Source of the DNA: a virus
Lineage: Duplodnaviria; Caudoviricetes
DNA: 37,429 nt
IMG/VR virus record: IMGVR_UViG_3300037755_000063
Location: 1-37,429 of that record
Direction: 5' to 3' (one strand)
Each line of letters begins with the position of its first letter. The first letter of the stretch is position 1. The translations under genes were made by a program, and so were the position numbers. Positions 8,858 to 16,627 of this stretch are shown here, piece by piece. Below the pieces are notes generated by a model, which was given only the letters and a program-made list of their open reading frames with translations, was not told the DNA's origin and did not search any database.

Positions 8858-10098
8858 ATATAGAACTTAGTCTACTTCGGCTTCTTTTGAAAGAAGCCTC
8901 GTTCAAGGAATATTATAGGTTTGTTAACATTCCCGCTTCATTGCGGGAAGTTAAGCTATTGTTCCATTCTCTAGAAGCGTTGCACACGAAATACCCCGGA
9001 ACAGACAAAACCGTGGCTGATTTGGAAGTCATGGTTCATATGTGCTACCCGCAGATGCGGGAGCCAGAGAAGGAAGCAATCAATGCTCTATGTAGACAGG
9101 TTAAGTCAATTGAAGTTTCGGATGTTATTCTTCTCGATTTGGTCAGACAAGTACAGATGCGTTCTGAGGCGCAACAGCTTGCGATTAAGGCGCTTGAAGT
9201 GTCGGAAGGCCGTAACAGTCTCACCTCACTTCAGGAAATTTGGGAGCGCATTCAAAAGAAATCTGTATCAGAGGATGAGCTAGATGAATCTAAATACTTT
9301 GTCACAGATGACCTCTTCGAGTTGGAGAAGCATACTATCATGGGGCCGGGGCTTCGTTGGCGACTTAATAGCCTCAATCTTTCCCTCGGTCCTCTCCGTG
9401 TTGGTGATTTTGGTTTTGTCTTTGCTCGCCCTGAATCTGGGAAGACTACTTTCCTAGCGGATCAATGTACACATTTCGCAGGTCAAACAGACAAGCCCAT
9501 TGTATGGTTCAACAATGAAGAACAAGGTCAGAAGGTTAGGCTCAGGACATACCAAGCGGCTCTTGCCCTCCGAACGGACCAGTTGTGGACGAACAAAGAG
9601 AAAACGCTTAAGGACTACAGGGAAATCACAAAGGGCAACTTACACATTTATGATGATGCTACAATTCATAGAAAGGATGTCGAAAGAGTCATAGAAAAGC
9701 GAAATCCCTGTCTTATTGTATTCGATCAGATTGACAAGATTAAGGGGTTTGATGCTGATAGGCCAGATATAGTGTTTGGCAGAATTTACCAATGGGCCAG
9801 AGAACTCGCTAAAAATCGGTGTGCAGTGGTTGGAACCTGCCAAGCCGATGGCACAGGAGAGGGAGTTCGCTGGCTCACCATGTCCAATGTTGCAGAGGCA
9901 AAGACCTCTAAACAAGCAGAAGCCGATTGGATTTTGGGTATTGGTAAGTCTAATGATGGGACACAGGAAGATGTAAGGTTTTTAAACATTAGCAAGAATA
10001 AGTTGTTAGGAGATAAAGACACTGACCCCAACCTCCGACACGGGAGATTTGAAGTGTTTCTCAAACCCCAAATTGCTAGATATGAGGATTTCATCTAA
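8854..10098 (+). CDS. Replicative SF4 (DnaB/T7 gp4-like) helicase
   Basis: Walker A ARPESGKTT, FNNEE, Walker B IVFDQ, CQAD, QAEADWILGIG, KNK. Confidence 0.92.
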   Translation: MNIELSLLRLLLKEASFKEYYRFVNIPASLREVKLLFHSLEALHTKYPGTDKTVADLEVMVHMCYPQMREPEKEAINALCRQVKSIEVSDVILLDLVRQVQMRSEAQQLAIKALEVSEGRNSLTSLQEIWERIQKKSVSEDELDESKYFVTDDLFELEKHTIMGPGLRWRLNSLNLSLGPLRVGDFGFVFARPESGKTTFLADQCTHFAGQTDKPIVWFNNEEQGQKVRLRTYQAALALRTDQLWTNKEKTLKDYREITKGNLHIYDDATIHRKDVERVIEKRNPCLIVFDQIDKIKGFDADRPDIVFGRIYQWARELAKNRCAVVGTCQADGTGEGVRWLTMSNVAEAKTSKQAEADWILGIGKSNDGTQEDVRFLNISKNKLLGDKDTDPNLRHGRFEVFLKPQIARYEDFI

Positions 10099-10541
10099 TG
10101 GGCTTTCAGTTAGACAATCCCAATACTGCTGCTCAAAATATAAAGAAACTTGCAACATCATTGACACAGTGGACTTTCAATGATATCACTGTACGAGTTA
10201 GAACAAGTCCCTTTCTTATTGAATTGTTATGGAAAGACCAAGGTAGAAATGTTGCTGGATTTACCTTAATGGAACAACCAAATTGTTGTGGAGTTCTCAT
10301 CTCCACAAAGACATTTGTGGAGAAAGCTTATCAGAAGCAAGGAATTGCTCAAGGCATGATGCCGTTGAAAGAGGCTCTTGCTAGAGAATATGGCTACAGT
10401 TGTTTGGTAGCCACCGTGAATGTGACTGGCAACCCAGCCGAAGTTCATATTTTGAATAAAAATGCTTGGGTACAAGGAGCATCATTTGTAAACAAACGAA
10501 CTAAAAATACTGTAGCATTCTTCACAAAGGTATTGCAATGA
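10098..10541 (+). CDS. GNAT-like acyltransferase with CCG motif
   Basis: YQKQGIA resembles the acyl-CoA binding motif A; C-terminal L-x-K-N-x-W pattern. Confidence 0.65.
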   Translation: MGFQLDNPNTAAQNIKKLATSLTQWTFNDITVRVRTSPFLIELLWKDQGRNVAGFTLMEQPNCCGVLISTKTFVEKAYQKQGIAQGMMPLKEALAREYGYSCLVATVNVTGNPAEVHILNKNAWVQGASFVNKRTKNTVAFFTKVLQ

Positions 10542-10684
10542 TCCCTACACAACCACAGCTTCCTATCCCTAAACGTAGGAAAGAAGATAAACCAGTGGAA
10601 AGAGATTTAACACAATATGCCTGTAAAACTCTTGAGCAGTATTTACAGCAATATCCCATTAAATGTATGGATGATGTGGAATGA
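10538..10684 (+). CDS. Hypothetical 48-aa protein (not in track)
   Basis: MIPTQPQLP...; ATGA overlaps at both ends. Confidence 0.55.
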   Translation: MIPTQPQLPIPKRRKEDKPVERDLTQYACKTLEQYLQQYPIKCMDDVE

Positions 10685-10869
10685 ACTCATTCCCCATCCT
10701 ACCGGAGATGAACCACCTAATGGCTCTTGATCCCACTCACGTGTGTAAAGTTCTGGATAAAGAAATGGCTGATTGGGGTAAAGAGAATGGATGGATTCAT
10801 AGTTATTCTGATGAAGAAGACAATGAAGGTATGGCCTATCCTTGCTACGAAGAGGCACTTGGGGGATGA
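10681..10869 (+). CDS. Hypothetical protein
   Basis: ATGA-coupled small ORF in helicase-polymerase interval. Confidence 0.55.
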   Translation: MNSFPILPEMNHLMALDPTHVCKVLDKEMADWGKENGWIHSYSDEEDNEGMAYPCYEEALGG

Positions 10870-11042
10870 ATAAGTACACCATCTTCCGTATGGACTTGAG
10901 TGATGGGTCTACGAAAGCCTTAAAAACAGTGGATTCTAAACAAGAAGCAGATAGGAAGGTGGCGAGTTTTCAGAGGTTGGTGACTAGGCTAGAGAATAAG
11001 AGTTCTGAGGATTGGAAGTATTTCTGGAAAGTTAATGAATGA
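10866..11042 (+). CDS. Hypothetical protein (likely start ATG 10866)
   Basis: ATGA overlap with previous stop. Confidence 0.55.
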   Translation: MNKYTIFRMDLSDGSTKALKTVDSKQEADRKVASFQRLVTRLENKSSEDWKYFWKVNE

Positions 11043-11257
11043 AAAGAGATAAATGGGTAGTGGAAGACCCAGATAGAGTGGTGCATATAATAGAAAGAGA
11101 TGAGAAGGGTGTGTGGTGGGGTGCAGAAAACTTAGGGCAACATTTCTATGAACAGAGTGCTAAACATTTAGCCAAACAAGGAGTGTTACGTTCTATGGAA
11201 AATTCGTTAGAAGATCATGGAAGCTGGGGACATTATACATGGATTCGTCAGCAATAA
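11039..11257 (+). CDS. Hypothetical protein
   Basis: ATGA-coupled ORF. Confidence 0.55.
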   Translation: MKRDKWVVEDPDRVVHIIERDEKGVWWGAENLGQHFYEQSAKHLAKQGVLRSMENSLEDHGSWGHYTWIRQQ

Positions 11258-11417
11258 AATGCTGGAACATTCGCCAACCATAAGACGGGTAGAAGAATAT
11301 TATGAGGATGGGGCTCTTCTCTCTAAGTATTGGTTTGTCACTCACAAAGGAAAGGAATATGGGCCATTCAAAGAGTATGATGACGCTGAACGCACTAAGT
11401 ATGAGTTGATGGGATAA
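11217..11417 (+). CDS. Hypothetical protein (may start at the internal ATG near 11259)
   Basis: ORF fills the gap, TAATG-coupled to next gene. Confidence 0.5.
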   Translation: MEAGDIIHGFVSNKMLEHSPTIRRVEEYYEDGALLSKYWFVTHKGKEYGPFKEYDDAERTKYELMG

Positions 11418-11809
11418 TGAAAAAAGAACTAGATAGACAACTCTGTGAGAAATATCCTGAATTATTCAGGGGCCGTCATAAATCAATGATGGAAACTCTT
11501 ATGTGCTGGGGATTTGAATGTGATGATGGATGGTTTGAAATTATAGATAATTTGTGTTTAGAGTTAACAGAATATTGTAAGAAGCATGACATTGAAATCC
11601 CAGAGGTTGTACAGGTAAAAGAGAAGTTTGGGGGTTTACGGTTTTATCTTGGAGGTATACATAAAGATCATTTTGATGCCATTTATAAAATAATTTCTAA
11701 AGCTGAGGGTTTGTCATATGTAACATGTGAAGTGTGTGGATTACCCGGTAAACCTAATAAGGAAGGATGGATTCGTACTACATGCCCGGAACACGTTACG
11801 CAGTATTAG
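11417..11809 (+). CDS. Conserved-type phage hypothetical protein
   Basis: ECDDGWF, QVKEKFGGLRFY, CEVCG-x-PG...C-x2-H motifs. Confidence 0.75.
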   Translation: MKKELDRQLCEKYPELFRGRHKSMMETLMCWGFECDDGWFEIIDNLCLELTEYCKKHDIEIPEVVQVKEKFGGLRFYLGGIHKDHFDAIYKIISKAEGLSYVTCEVCGLPGKPNKEGWIRTTCPEHVTQY

Positions 11810-12960
11810 ACACAGAATCTTCGATTTACGCGAAAGGACATCCATTTGCTTCTAGAAATCAATTATGCCTTGTTGGTCTTCGGATTAATGCTGTTAACCA
11901 TATATGGGATATCGAATACACATCAACACCCTACGGTTCCTCATTGGTTCAACTTAATGATATTTTGGGGGGCGTTGATCTTGTTGTGGGCTTTAATCTT
12001 AAGCATGACCTTAACTGGCTAGACCGCTATGGTATTCGCTTACGCGATCATGTTCGTGTATTTGATTGCCAACTTGCTGAATTTATACTTAGCAATCAGT
12101 CTACCCCTTTCCCTAGCTTGGATGGCTGCTGTGCTAAATACGGCCTGCCTCGTAAGCTTGATATTGTTGATCGTGAGTATTGGAGCAATGGAATTGACAC
12201 CCCCCAAGTCCCGATGGAGGTTCTTTACCCCTATCTGGAAAATGATCTGGAGATAACTGATGGGCTTTATCAAGTTTTGGATCGAGGAATTATTCGATCA
12301 GGCCAATCGGCGCTATGCCGATTGTGCATGCAAGACTTGCGAGTGCTCCAAGAAATGGAGACAAATGGAATTAAGATTGGATGGCAAGCCATGGCCGACC
12401 GAGCTGCCCGAACGGAGGAAGAATTAAATGGAATCAACCACCGAATCTTATCTTTTGTCCCTGAAGCATGTAAAGCAGTGTTCAACACCAGCAGCAACGA
12501 TCACATCTCTTTACTATTGTACGGCGGAAGACTCAATACTAAAGTTCCACGACCTACAGAACATACATATAAAACTGGACCTCGTGCCGGAGACACTGTT
12601 ACTCGAAATAAATGGGAAGACTTACACGTTGAATTCCCAAGGCTCGTTGATCCCCTTCCAAAAACCGAGCTTGCTAAAGACGGATTCTGGTCAACAGGAG
12701 CTGATGTTCTAAAAGAGCTTTCTGGGGGGCCAAAGAAACTAATAGACCTGCTGCTAAAGCAGGCGGGAGTAAGCAAACTGCTTACGACCTACTATCACGG
12801 CTTCCCGGCCATCAGAGAGAAGATGGACTGGCAGGATGGAATGCTACATGGTCAATTTAACCAATGTAATGTAATCACTGGCCGTTTGTCCAGTTCGCGT
12901 CCTAACCAACAGAACATGCCAAAGGATATGGATGAATTCATCACCTCTCGTTTTAACTAA
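11767..12960 (+). CDS. DNA polymerase family A, N-terminal subunit (3'-5' exonuclease + thumb region)
   Basis: ExoI LDTES, ExoII GFNLKHD, ExoIII YLEND, METNGI, TGRLSSSRPNQQN; stops before motif A. Confidence 0.9.
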   Translation: MDSYYMPGTRYAVLDTESSIYAKGHPFASRNQLCLVGLRINAVNHIWDIEYTSTPYGSSLVQLNDILGGVDLVVGFNLKHDLNWLDRYGIRLRDHVRVFDCQLAEFILSNQSTPFPSLDGCCAKYGLPRKLDIVDREYWSNGIDTPQVPMEVLYPYLENDLEITDGLYQVLDRGIIRSGQSALCRLCMQDLRVLQEMETNGIKIGWQAMADRAARTEEELNGINHRILSFVPEACKAVFNTSSNDHISLLLYGGRLNTKVPRPTEHTYKTGPRAGDTVTRNKWEDLHVEFPRLVDPLPKTELAKDGFWSTGADVLKELSGGPKKLIDLLLKQAGVSKLLTTYYHGFPAIREKMDWQDGMLHGQFNQCNVITGRLSSSRPNQQNMPKDMDEFITSRFN

Positions 12961-13162
12961 AATTGAAGGTGGATATAGAGTTGAGTGGGAAAATGGGGTT
13001 TATATAGGTGATATTCTAATGAAGGAAGATGGATTTTATGATTTCTGGCCTATACAACATGGGGGTTATTGGCCTTCTTATATACTTCGAGTTATAGCTG
13101 ATAAGTTAGACGAAATTAACAAACCTTGGCAAGATCAGATTGATAATGATCCAAACATCTAA
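12932..13162 (+). CDS. Hypothetical protein inserted between polymerase halves
   Basis: 76-aa ORF, DGFY-x-FWP...L-x2-IADKLDE-x-N motif. Confidence 0.6.
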   Translation: MNSSPLVLTKIEGGYRVEWENGVYIGDILMKEDGFYDFWPIQHGGYWPSYILRVIADKLDEINKPWQDQIDNDPNI

Positions 13163-13313
13163 ACTAGATTTGCCTAAACCAGAAGTCTCTAAATCAGAGA
13201 CTGGTCTCCATTTATGGAAGTATTCAACTAATGAAAATTATGAAATCAGAACCTGTCAACTTTGTGGGGAAATAGAAGCCTATGGACCTGGGGGTTGGTC
13301 ACACGTTTATTAA
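13146..13313 (+). CDS. Hypothetical 55-aa protein (not in track) between polymerase halves
   Basis: MIQTSKLD...H-x-W...CQLCGE... Confidence 0.5.
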   Translation: MIQTSKLDLPKPEVSKSETGLHLWKYSTNENYEIRTCQLCGEIEAYGPGGWSHVY

Positions 13314-13325
13314 TAGGAGAGTCTA

Positions 13326-14063
13326 ACGCTTATCCATCTTGATGTAAAAAGTTTAGAACTGGTCACGGCTGCCTACCTTAGTCGTGACCCCACCCTGACA
13401 GAAGAAATTAAGAATGGGGTCGATATTCATGCGTCAAACCAAACTCGGTTCAATTTACCCGAACGGGTTACCGCCAAAACCTTCGTCTTTAGACTAATAT
13501 ATGGCGGGCAGGCATATTCCTATGCCCACGACCCAGCATTTAATCACATTTCTAAGTCTCAGAAATATTGGCAGAAGATAATTGATGAGTTTTATACAAA
13601 ATACCCTACCATTGCCCAATGGCACCAAGGATTGGTCAGGACGGTGCTAGAGACAGGGCAATATGTGGCCCCTACGGGGAGAGCTTACACCTTCCCCCGT
13701 GCTGATGTAGCCCATCGTGAGTGGTTCTGGAGGCCAAAGATACTGAACTACCCTGTTCAGGGGTTAGGGGCTGACTTAGTGGCTATTGGTAGGGTAACTA
13801 TGTGGAAAAGGCTAAGAAAATTGAGGGTTCCAGTCCTTTTTCAAAGCACCGTCCATGATTCTGTCGATTTAGACCTTGACAGCAAGCTCAATCCATGGTA
13901 CAATATATGTAGGGTGGTAGAAAATTCAATACAAGATATTCCCATTAATTTCGAACGTTTGTTTAATGTTCCTTTTGACCTCCCTTTAAATTGCGAAATA
14001 ACCTATGGACCAAACCTGAGAGACCAACAAAAATATGAGCCAAATAACAATCCTGAAAGTTGA
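13326..14063 (+). CDS. DNA polymerase family A, C-terminal catalytic subunit; starts at ACG 13326
   Basis: Frame opens after TAG 13314-13316; AGGAG 13315-13319; motif A LIHLDVKSLE, DIH, motif B RVTAKTFVFRLIYG, NYPVQG, motif C TVHDS; track start 13632 omits motifs A and B. Confidence 0.9.
   Translation, partial: TLIHLDVKSLELVTAAYLSRDPTLTEEIKNGVDIHASNQTRFNLPERVTAKTFVFRLIYGGQAYSYAHDPAFNHISKSQKYWQKIIDEFYTKYPTIAQWHQGLVRTVLETGQYVAPTGRAYTFPRADVAHREWFWRPKILNYPVQGLGADLVAIGRVTMWKRLRKLRVPVLFQSTVHDSVDLDLDSKLNPWYNICRVVENSIQDIPINFERLFNVPFDLPLNCEITYGPNLRDQQKYEPNNNPES
13876..13904 (+). promoter_or_regulatory. sigma70 promoter embedded in the polymerase coding sequence
   Basis: TTGACA (13876-13881), 17 bp, TACAAT (13899-13904), extended -10 TG at 13896-13897. 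Confidence 0.8.
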
Positions 14064-14589
14064 GAAAGAAGTGTCTCCTAAGGGATACACAGTCACCAAC
14101 GTAAGTTATAAAAATGCTGAAGGTAAAGTGAAGGGAATGAAAGTGTTTCCCTTTAAGGAGCAGGCGGCAGTAGCCGCCTCCTTTGCAGACGCCTCTCCCG
14201 GAGATGTTTATGAAGCAGCTTTCCGTAAGAACGATAAGGATTTTTGGGAATTCGCCCCTACACCCACTAAGACAGGTGCAACTGAGAAAACTGTGAGCAC
14301 GCAAGCGGCAGGTGCGAGTGGAGGTACGACACGAAGCAATTGGGAGACGAGTGAGGAGAGAGCTGCTAGGCAGGTGATGATCGTTAGGCAGAGTAGTTTA
14401 GAAAGAGCTTTACAATATTTTGAATTGACAGGACATAAAAAGGCTGATCTTTCTGAAGTAATTGCTTTGGCAACTAGGTTTGTAGATTTTGTTATGGGAC
14501 GAGAATTTGCAAGCTCCCTTGGAGCGCAAGCATTCAAACCTGAAGTAAAAACCGCTACGAAAGCGGTGAACACAGGAGATGTTGAATAA
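14035..14589 (+). CDS. Putative single-stranded DNA-binding / replication accessory protein
   Basis: Beta-rich N-terminus, flexible linker, IVRQSS motif; position between polymerase and exonuclease (function inferred from context). Confidence 0.5.
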   Translation: MSQITILKVEKEVSPKGYTVTNVSYKNAEGKVKGMKVFPFKEQAAVAASFADASPGDVYEAAFRKNDKDFWEFAPTPTKTGATEKTVSTQAAGASGGTTRSNWETSEERAARQVMIVRQSSLERALQYFELTGHKKADLSEVIALATRFVDFVMGREFASSLGAQAFKPEVKTATKAVNTGDVE

Positions 14590-14798
14590 TGGCTAGAGAA
14601 TATGTATTGAGTGAGGATGTACCCCCTCAAATTTTGAGGGTTTATGATGAACCGGGTTTAAGCTGGCGGGATGCTAAGAAAAATCTAAGACAGTGGTATT
14701 TGAATAAGGCACATGAAATTCGTGGTATGAGAGAGCGGGATGCTTTAGTATTGGTCCCACGAGAAGTTATGGATGATTCTGAAGATAGGGTAGTTTAA
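14589..14798 (+). CDS. Hypothetical protein
   Basis: TAATG coupling, GGAG SD. Confidence 0.6.
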   Translation: MAREYVLSEDVPPQILRVYDEPGLSWRDAKKNLRQWYLNKAHEIRGMRERDALVLVPREVMDDSEDRVV

Positions 14799-14897
14799 AG
14801 AGTGCATCCAGCTTTGATAATTTTTATTTCAGGGATTAGTATTGGAATATCTCTAACTACAATTGCTTTTACATTAGTACTTCTATAAAGAGTGCAT
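14796..14897 (+). repeat. 12-bp direct repeat TAAAGAGTGCAT (14796-14807 and 14886-14897)
   Basis: Exact match read from the sequence. Confidence 0.8.
14802..14888 (+). CDS. 28-aa hydrophobic peptide (MHPALIIFISGISIGISLTTIAFTLVLL)
   Basis: GTG start, single TM-like stretch, bracketed by 12-bp direct repeats. Confidence 0.4.
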   Translation: MHPALIIFISGISIGISLTTIAFTLVLL

Positions 14898-15035
14898 AAC
14901 CCGGCTAGAGGGCTCACCAGTCCAACAGGGCTGGTGGCCTAGCTGCTCACCCCCGAGTGCTGGTGGAATTCCAGCGAGGACTTGGTGTCTGGAGCCGGGC
15001 CTTACAATGCGTCGCAAGCGAGCTTGCTCGCGCCA
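14893..15035 (+). ncRNA. Candidate structured ncRNA (three-way junction) upstream of tRNA
   Basis: GC-rich intergenic island; closing stem CCCGGCT/AGCCGGG, hairpin CACCAGTCC-AACA-GGGCTGGTG, arm CCGAGT/ACTTGG with GCTGG-7nt-CCAGC, then GCGAG-CTTG-CTCGC. Confidence 0.6.
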
Positions 15036-15110
15036 GCCCTATTAGTTCAGTGGTAGAACGCGGAGCCTGTAACTCCGAAACAGAGGTCCGATTCCGTCTA
15101 TGGGGCACCA
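15036..15110 (+). tRNA. tRNA-Thr(UGU), non-canonical
   Basis: Acceptor GCCCTAT/ATGGGGC-A-CCA, D arm GTTC-AGTGGTA-GAAC, anticodon stem CGGAG/CTCCG with loop CCTGTAA, T arm AGAGG-TCCGATT-CC(G)TCT. Confidence 0.85.
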
Positions 15111-15123
15111 ACTATGAGGAAGA

Positions 15124-15825
15124 ATGACAACAGCTTTAATTGATGGTGATTTGGTAACATATAGATGTGCAGCAGTGTGCGAGAATGCGGGAGAAGGTTT
15201 AGCCATATGGCAATGTGACCAGCTTATTTCAAGAATATTGGAGGATGTTAATGCAGACAATTGGAAGATTTTCCTCAGTGGAGACAACAACTTTAGATTT
15301 GCCATATTCCCTGACTACAAAGCTAACCGAAGAGATCAGCCTAAACCTAAACATCTCGAAAGACTCAGAGAGTATTTGGTGCTTGAACACAACGCCTCAA
15401 TTGCCGACGGATGCGAAGCTGACGATGAATTGGGAATCGAAGGCACCCGGCTTGGCCCTGATGGAGCTGTCATTTGTAGTCTCGACAAGGACCTCCTCCA
15501 AATTCCTTCTACGAACTACAACTTTCACCGTCGGGAACTACGACGAATCTCTCCTGAAGAGGGACTTAGGACTTTTTATGAACAAGTTCTTATCGGAGAT
15601 TCGGTTGACAACATTAGCGGATGTAGAGGAATCGGTAAAGCAAAAGCTCCAAAACTTCTTGAGCAATGCCGTACAGAATCTGATTATGTCGAAGCAACTT
15701 GGAGGGCTTACGAAGCTGCAGGACAATCAGAGCAAGACTTCATTAGAACCTGTAGACTCTGCTTCATCTTACGACAGAGAGATGTTCATTGGCGACCTCC
15801 CCTAGACTTGCCGTTACAACCATAG
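15124..15825 (+). CDS. 5'-3' exonuclease (T7 gp6 / flap nuclease-like)
   Basis: LIDGD, YKANR, EADD, DKDLLQI, GDSVDNI-x-G-x2-GIG motifs. Confidence 0.92.
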   Translation: MTTALIDGDLVTYRCAAVCENAGEGLAIWQCDQLISRILEDVNADNWKIFLSGDNNFRFAIFPDYKANRRDQPKPKHLERLREYLVLEHNASIADGCEADDELGIEGTRLGPDGAVICSLDKDLLQIPSTNYNFHRRELRRISPEEGLRTFYEQVLIGDSVDNISGCRGIGKAKAPKLLEQCRTESDYVEATWRAYEAAGQSEQDFIRTCRLCFILRQRDVHWRPPLDLPLQP

Positions 15826-15977
15826 GTTCTAAAGTAGAAATATTTAATGAAGATGAGGAGTGGTTATATGGTAAATGGTGGTCAGGGGCACAGTGGATTC
15901 CGTGCCGTTGGTTTAAAAATGGGCGATTTACGGAGGATCGGGAATGCTCTCTGGATTTGAAATTATCGGAGTTGTAG
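15789..15977 (+). CDS. Hypothetical Trp-rich protein
   Basis: 62-aa ORF filling the gap. Confidence 0.5.
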   Translation: MATSPRLAVTTIGSKVEIFNEDEEWLYGKWWSGAQWIPCRWFKNGRFTEDRECSLDLKLSEL

Positions 15978-16015
15978 TAATATTGTTCATTGCAGTGCTA
16001 TTGATTTGTGAATGA
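15944..16015 (+). CDS. 23-aa hydrophobic peptide (MLSGFEIIGVVVILFIAVLLICE)
   Basis: GGAGG SD 15932-15936, 7 nt before ATG; single TM-like stretch. Confidence 0.45.
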   Translation: MLSGFEIIGVVVILFIAVLLICE

Positions 16016-16409
16016 TTCCGCTCGTAAAAAAGGAGCGTCGGGTGAAAAAACACGAAATTCAGGGAACTGGACACAGGCCCGTTACAACTCCTTCGTCCGC
16101 AGTGCCCTCCGAGGCGCTTTCCGTAGATGGCAACCCAAGTATGATGTACTTAAGGATGCTTATACGCGAGTCAAACAGAATAAAGCGTCGGGCAGACAAG
16201 CAAAGCATTACAGATGTGCAGTGTGTAAGAAAGAGTGGCCCCTTAAGCAGATGTCAGTTGACCACAAAACGCCAATTGGCACCTTCACTTCTTGGGATGA
16301 TTTTATTGAACGCCTCTACTGTGAAAAGACCAACCTCCAAGCCCTCTGTAAAAAATGTCACCTCATTAAATCGAACAAAGAAAAAAAGGAAAACAAGAAC
16401 AAAAAATGA
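16008..16409 (+). CDS. HNH-family endonuclease
   Basis: CAVC...VDHKTP...NLQALCKKCH; WT-x-ARY-x-SF-x-RSALR N-terminus. Confidence 0.85.
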   Translation: MNDSARKKGASGEKTRNSGNWTQARYNSFVRSALRGAFRRWQPKYDVLKDAYTRVKQNKASGRQAKHYRCAVCKKEWPLKQMSVDHKTPIGTFTSWDDFIERLYCEKTNLQALCKKCHLIKSNKEKKENKNKK

Positions 16410-16627
16410 AAATAAAGGCGCTCTACGAAAACAATGAAGGGCAACATGAATTGAACGCTGTACTCACGGAAGATCAGCTTAAATTCTTAATAGAATACGC
16501 TCTGCTAGAGCTTCTTCGCAAGGGACTCATGATCCCAGAAGTGCATAATGATCAAGTAACACTCATTGAGTTTGGAAAAGTAAATGCTACGGAGACTGTT
16601 GATAATGAAGATACTCGTCCTTCCTGA
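16406..16627 (+). CDS. Hypothetical protein
   Basis: ATGA-coupled ORF. Confidence 0.6.
   Translation: MKIKALYENNEGQHELNAVLTEDQLKFLIEYALLELLRKGLMIPEVHNDQVTLIEFGKVNATETVDNEDTRPS

Noticed and set aside
12961-13325. Intron or intein in the DNA polymerase
   Set aside because: Stops intervene, no intein termini or intron core motifs are visible, and the second half has its own SD
14930-14966. Two GCTGGTGG octamers as RecBCD Chi sites
   Set aside because: Host is unknown, both lie in RNA stems, and other copies on the - strand are explained by Ala-Gly-Gly codons
15066-15072. Reading the tRNA as Tyr(GUA)
   Set aside because: The 5-bp stem CGGAG/CTCCG centres TGT in the 7-nt loop; the GCC/GGC-A acceptor and short variable loop fit Thr
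15215-15805. 196-codon +1-frame ORF inside the exonuclease
   Set aside because: No SD, no recognisable motif, wholly nested in a well-supported gene; likely a codon-usage shadow
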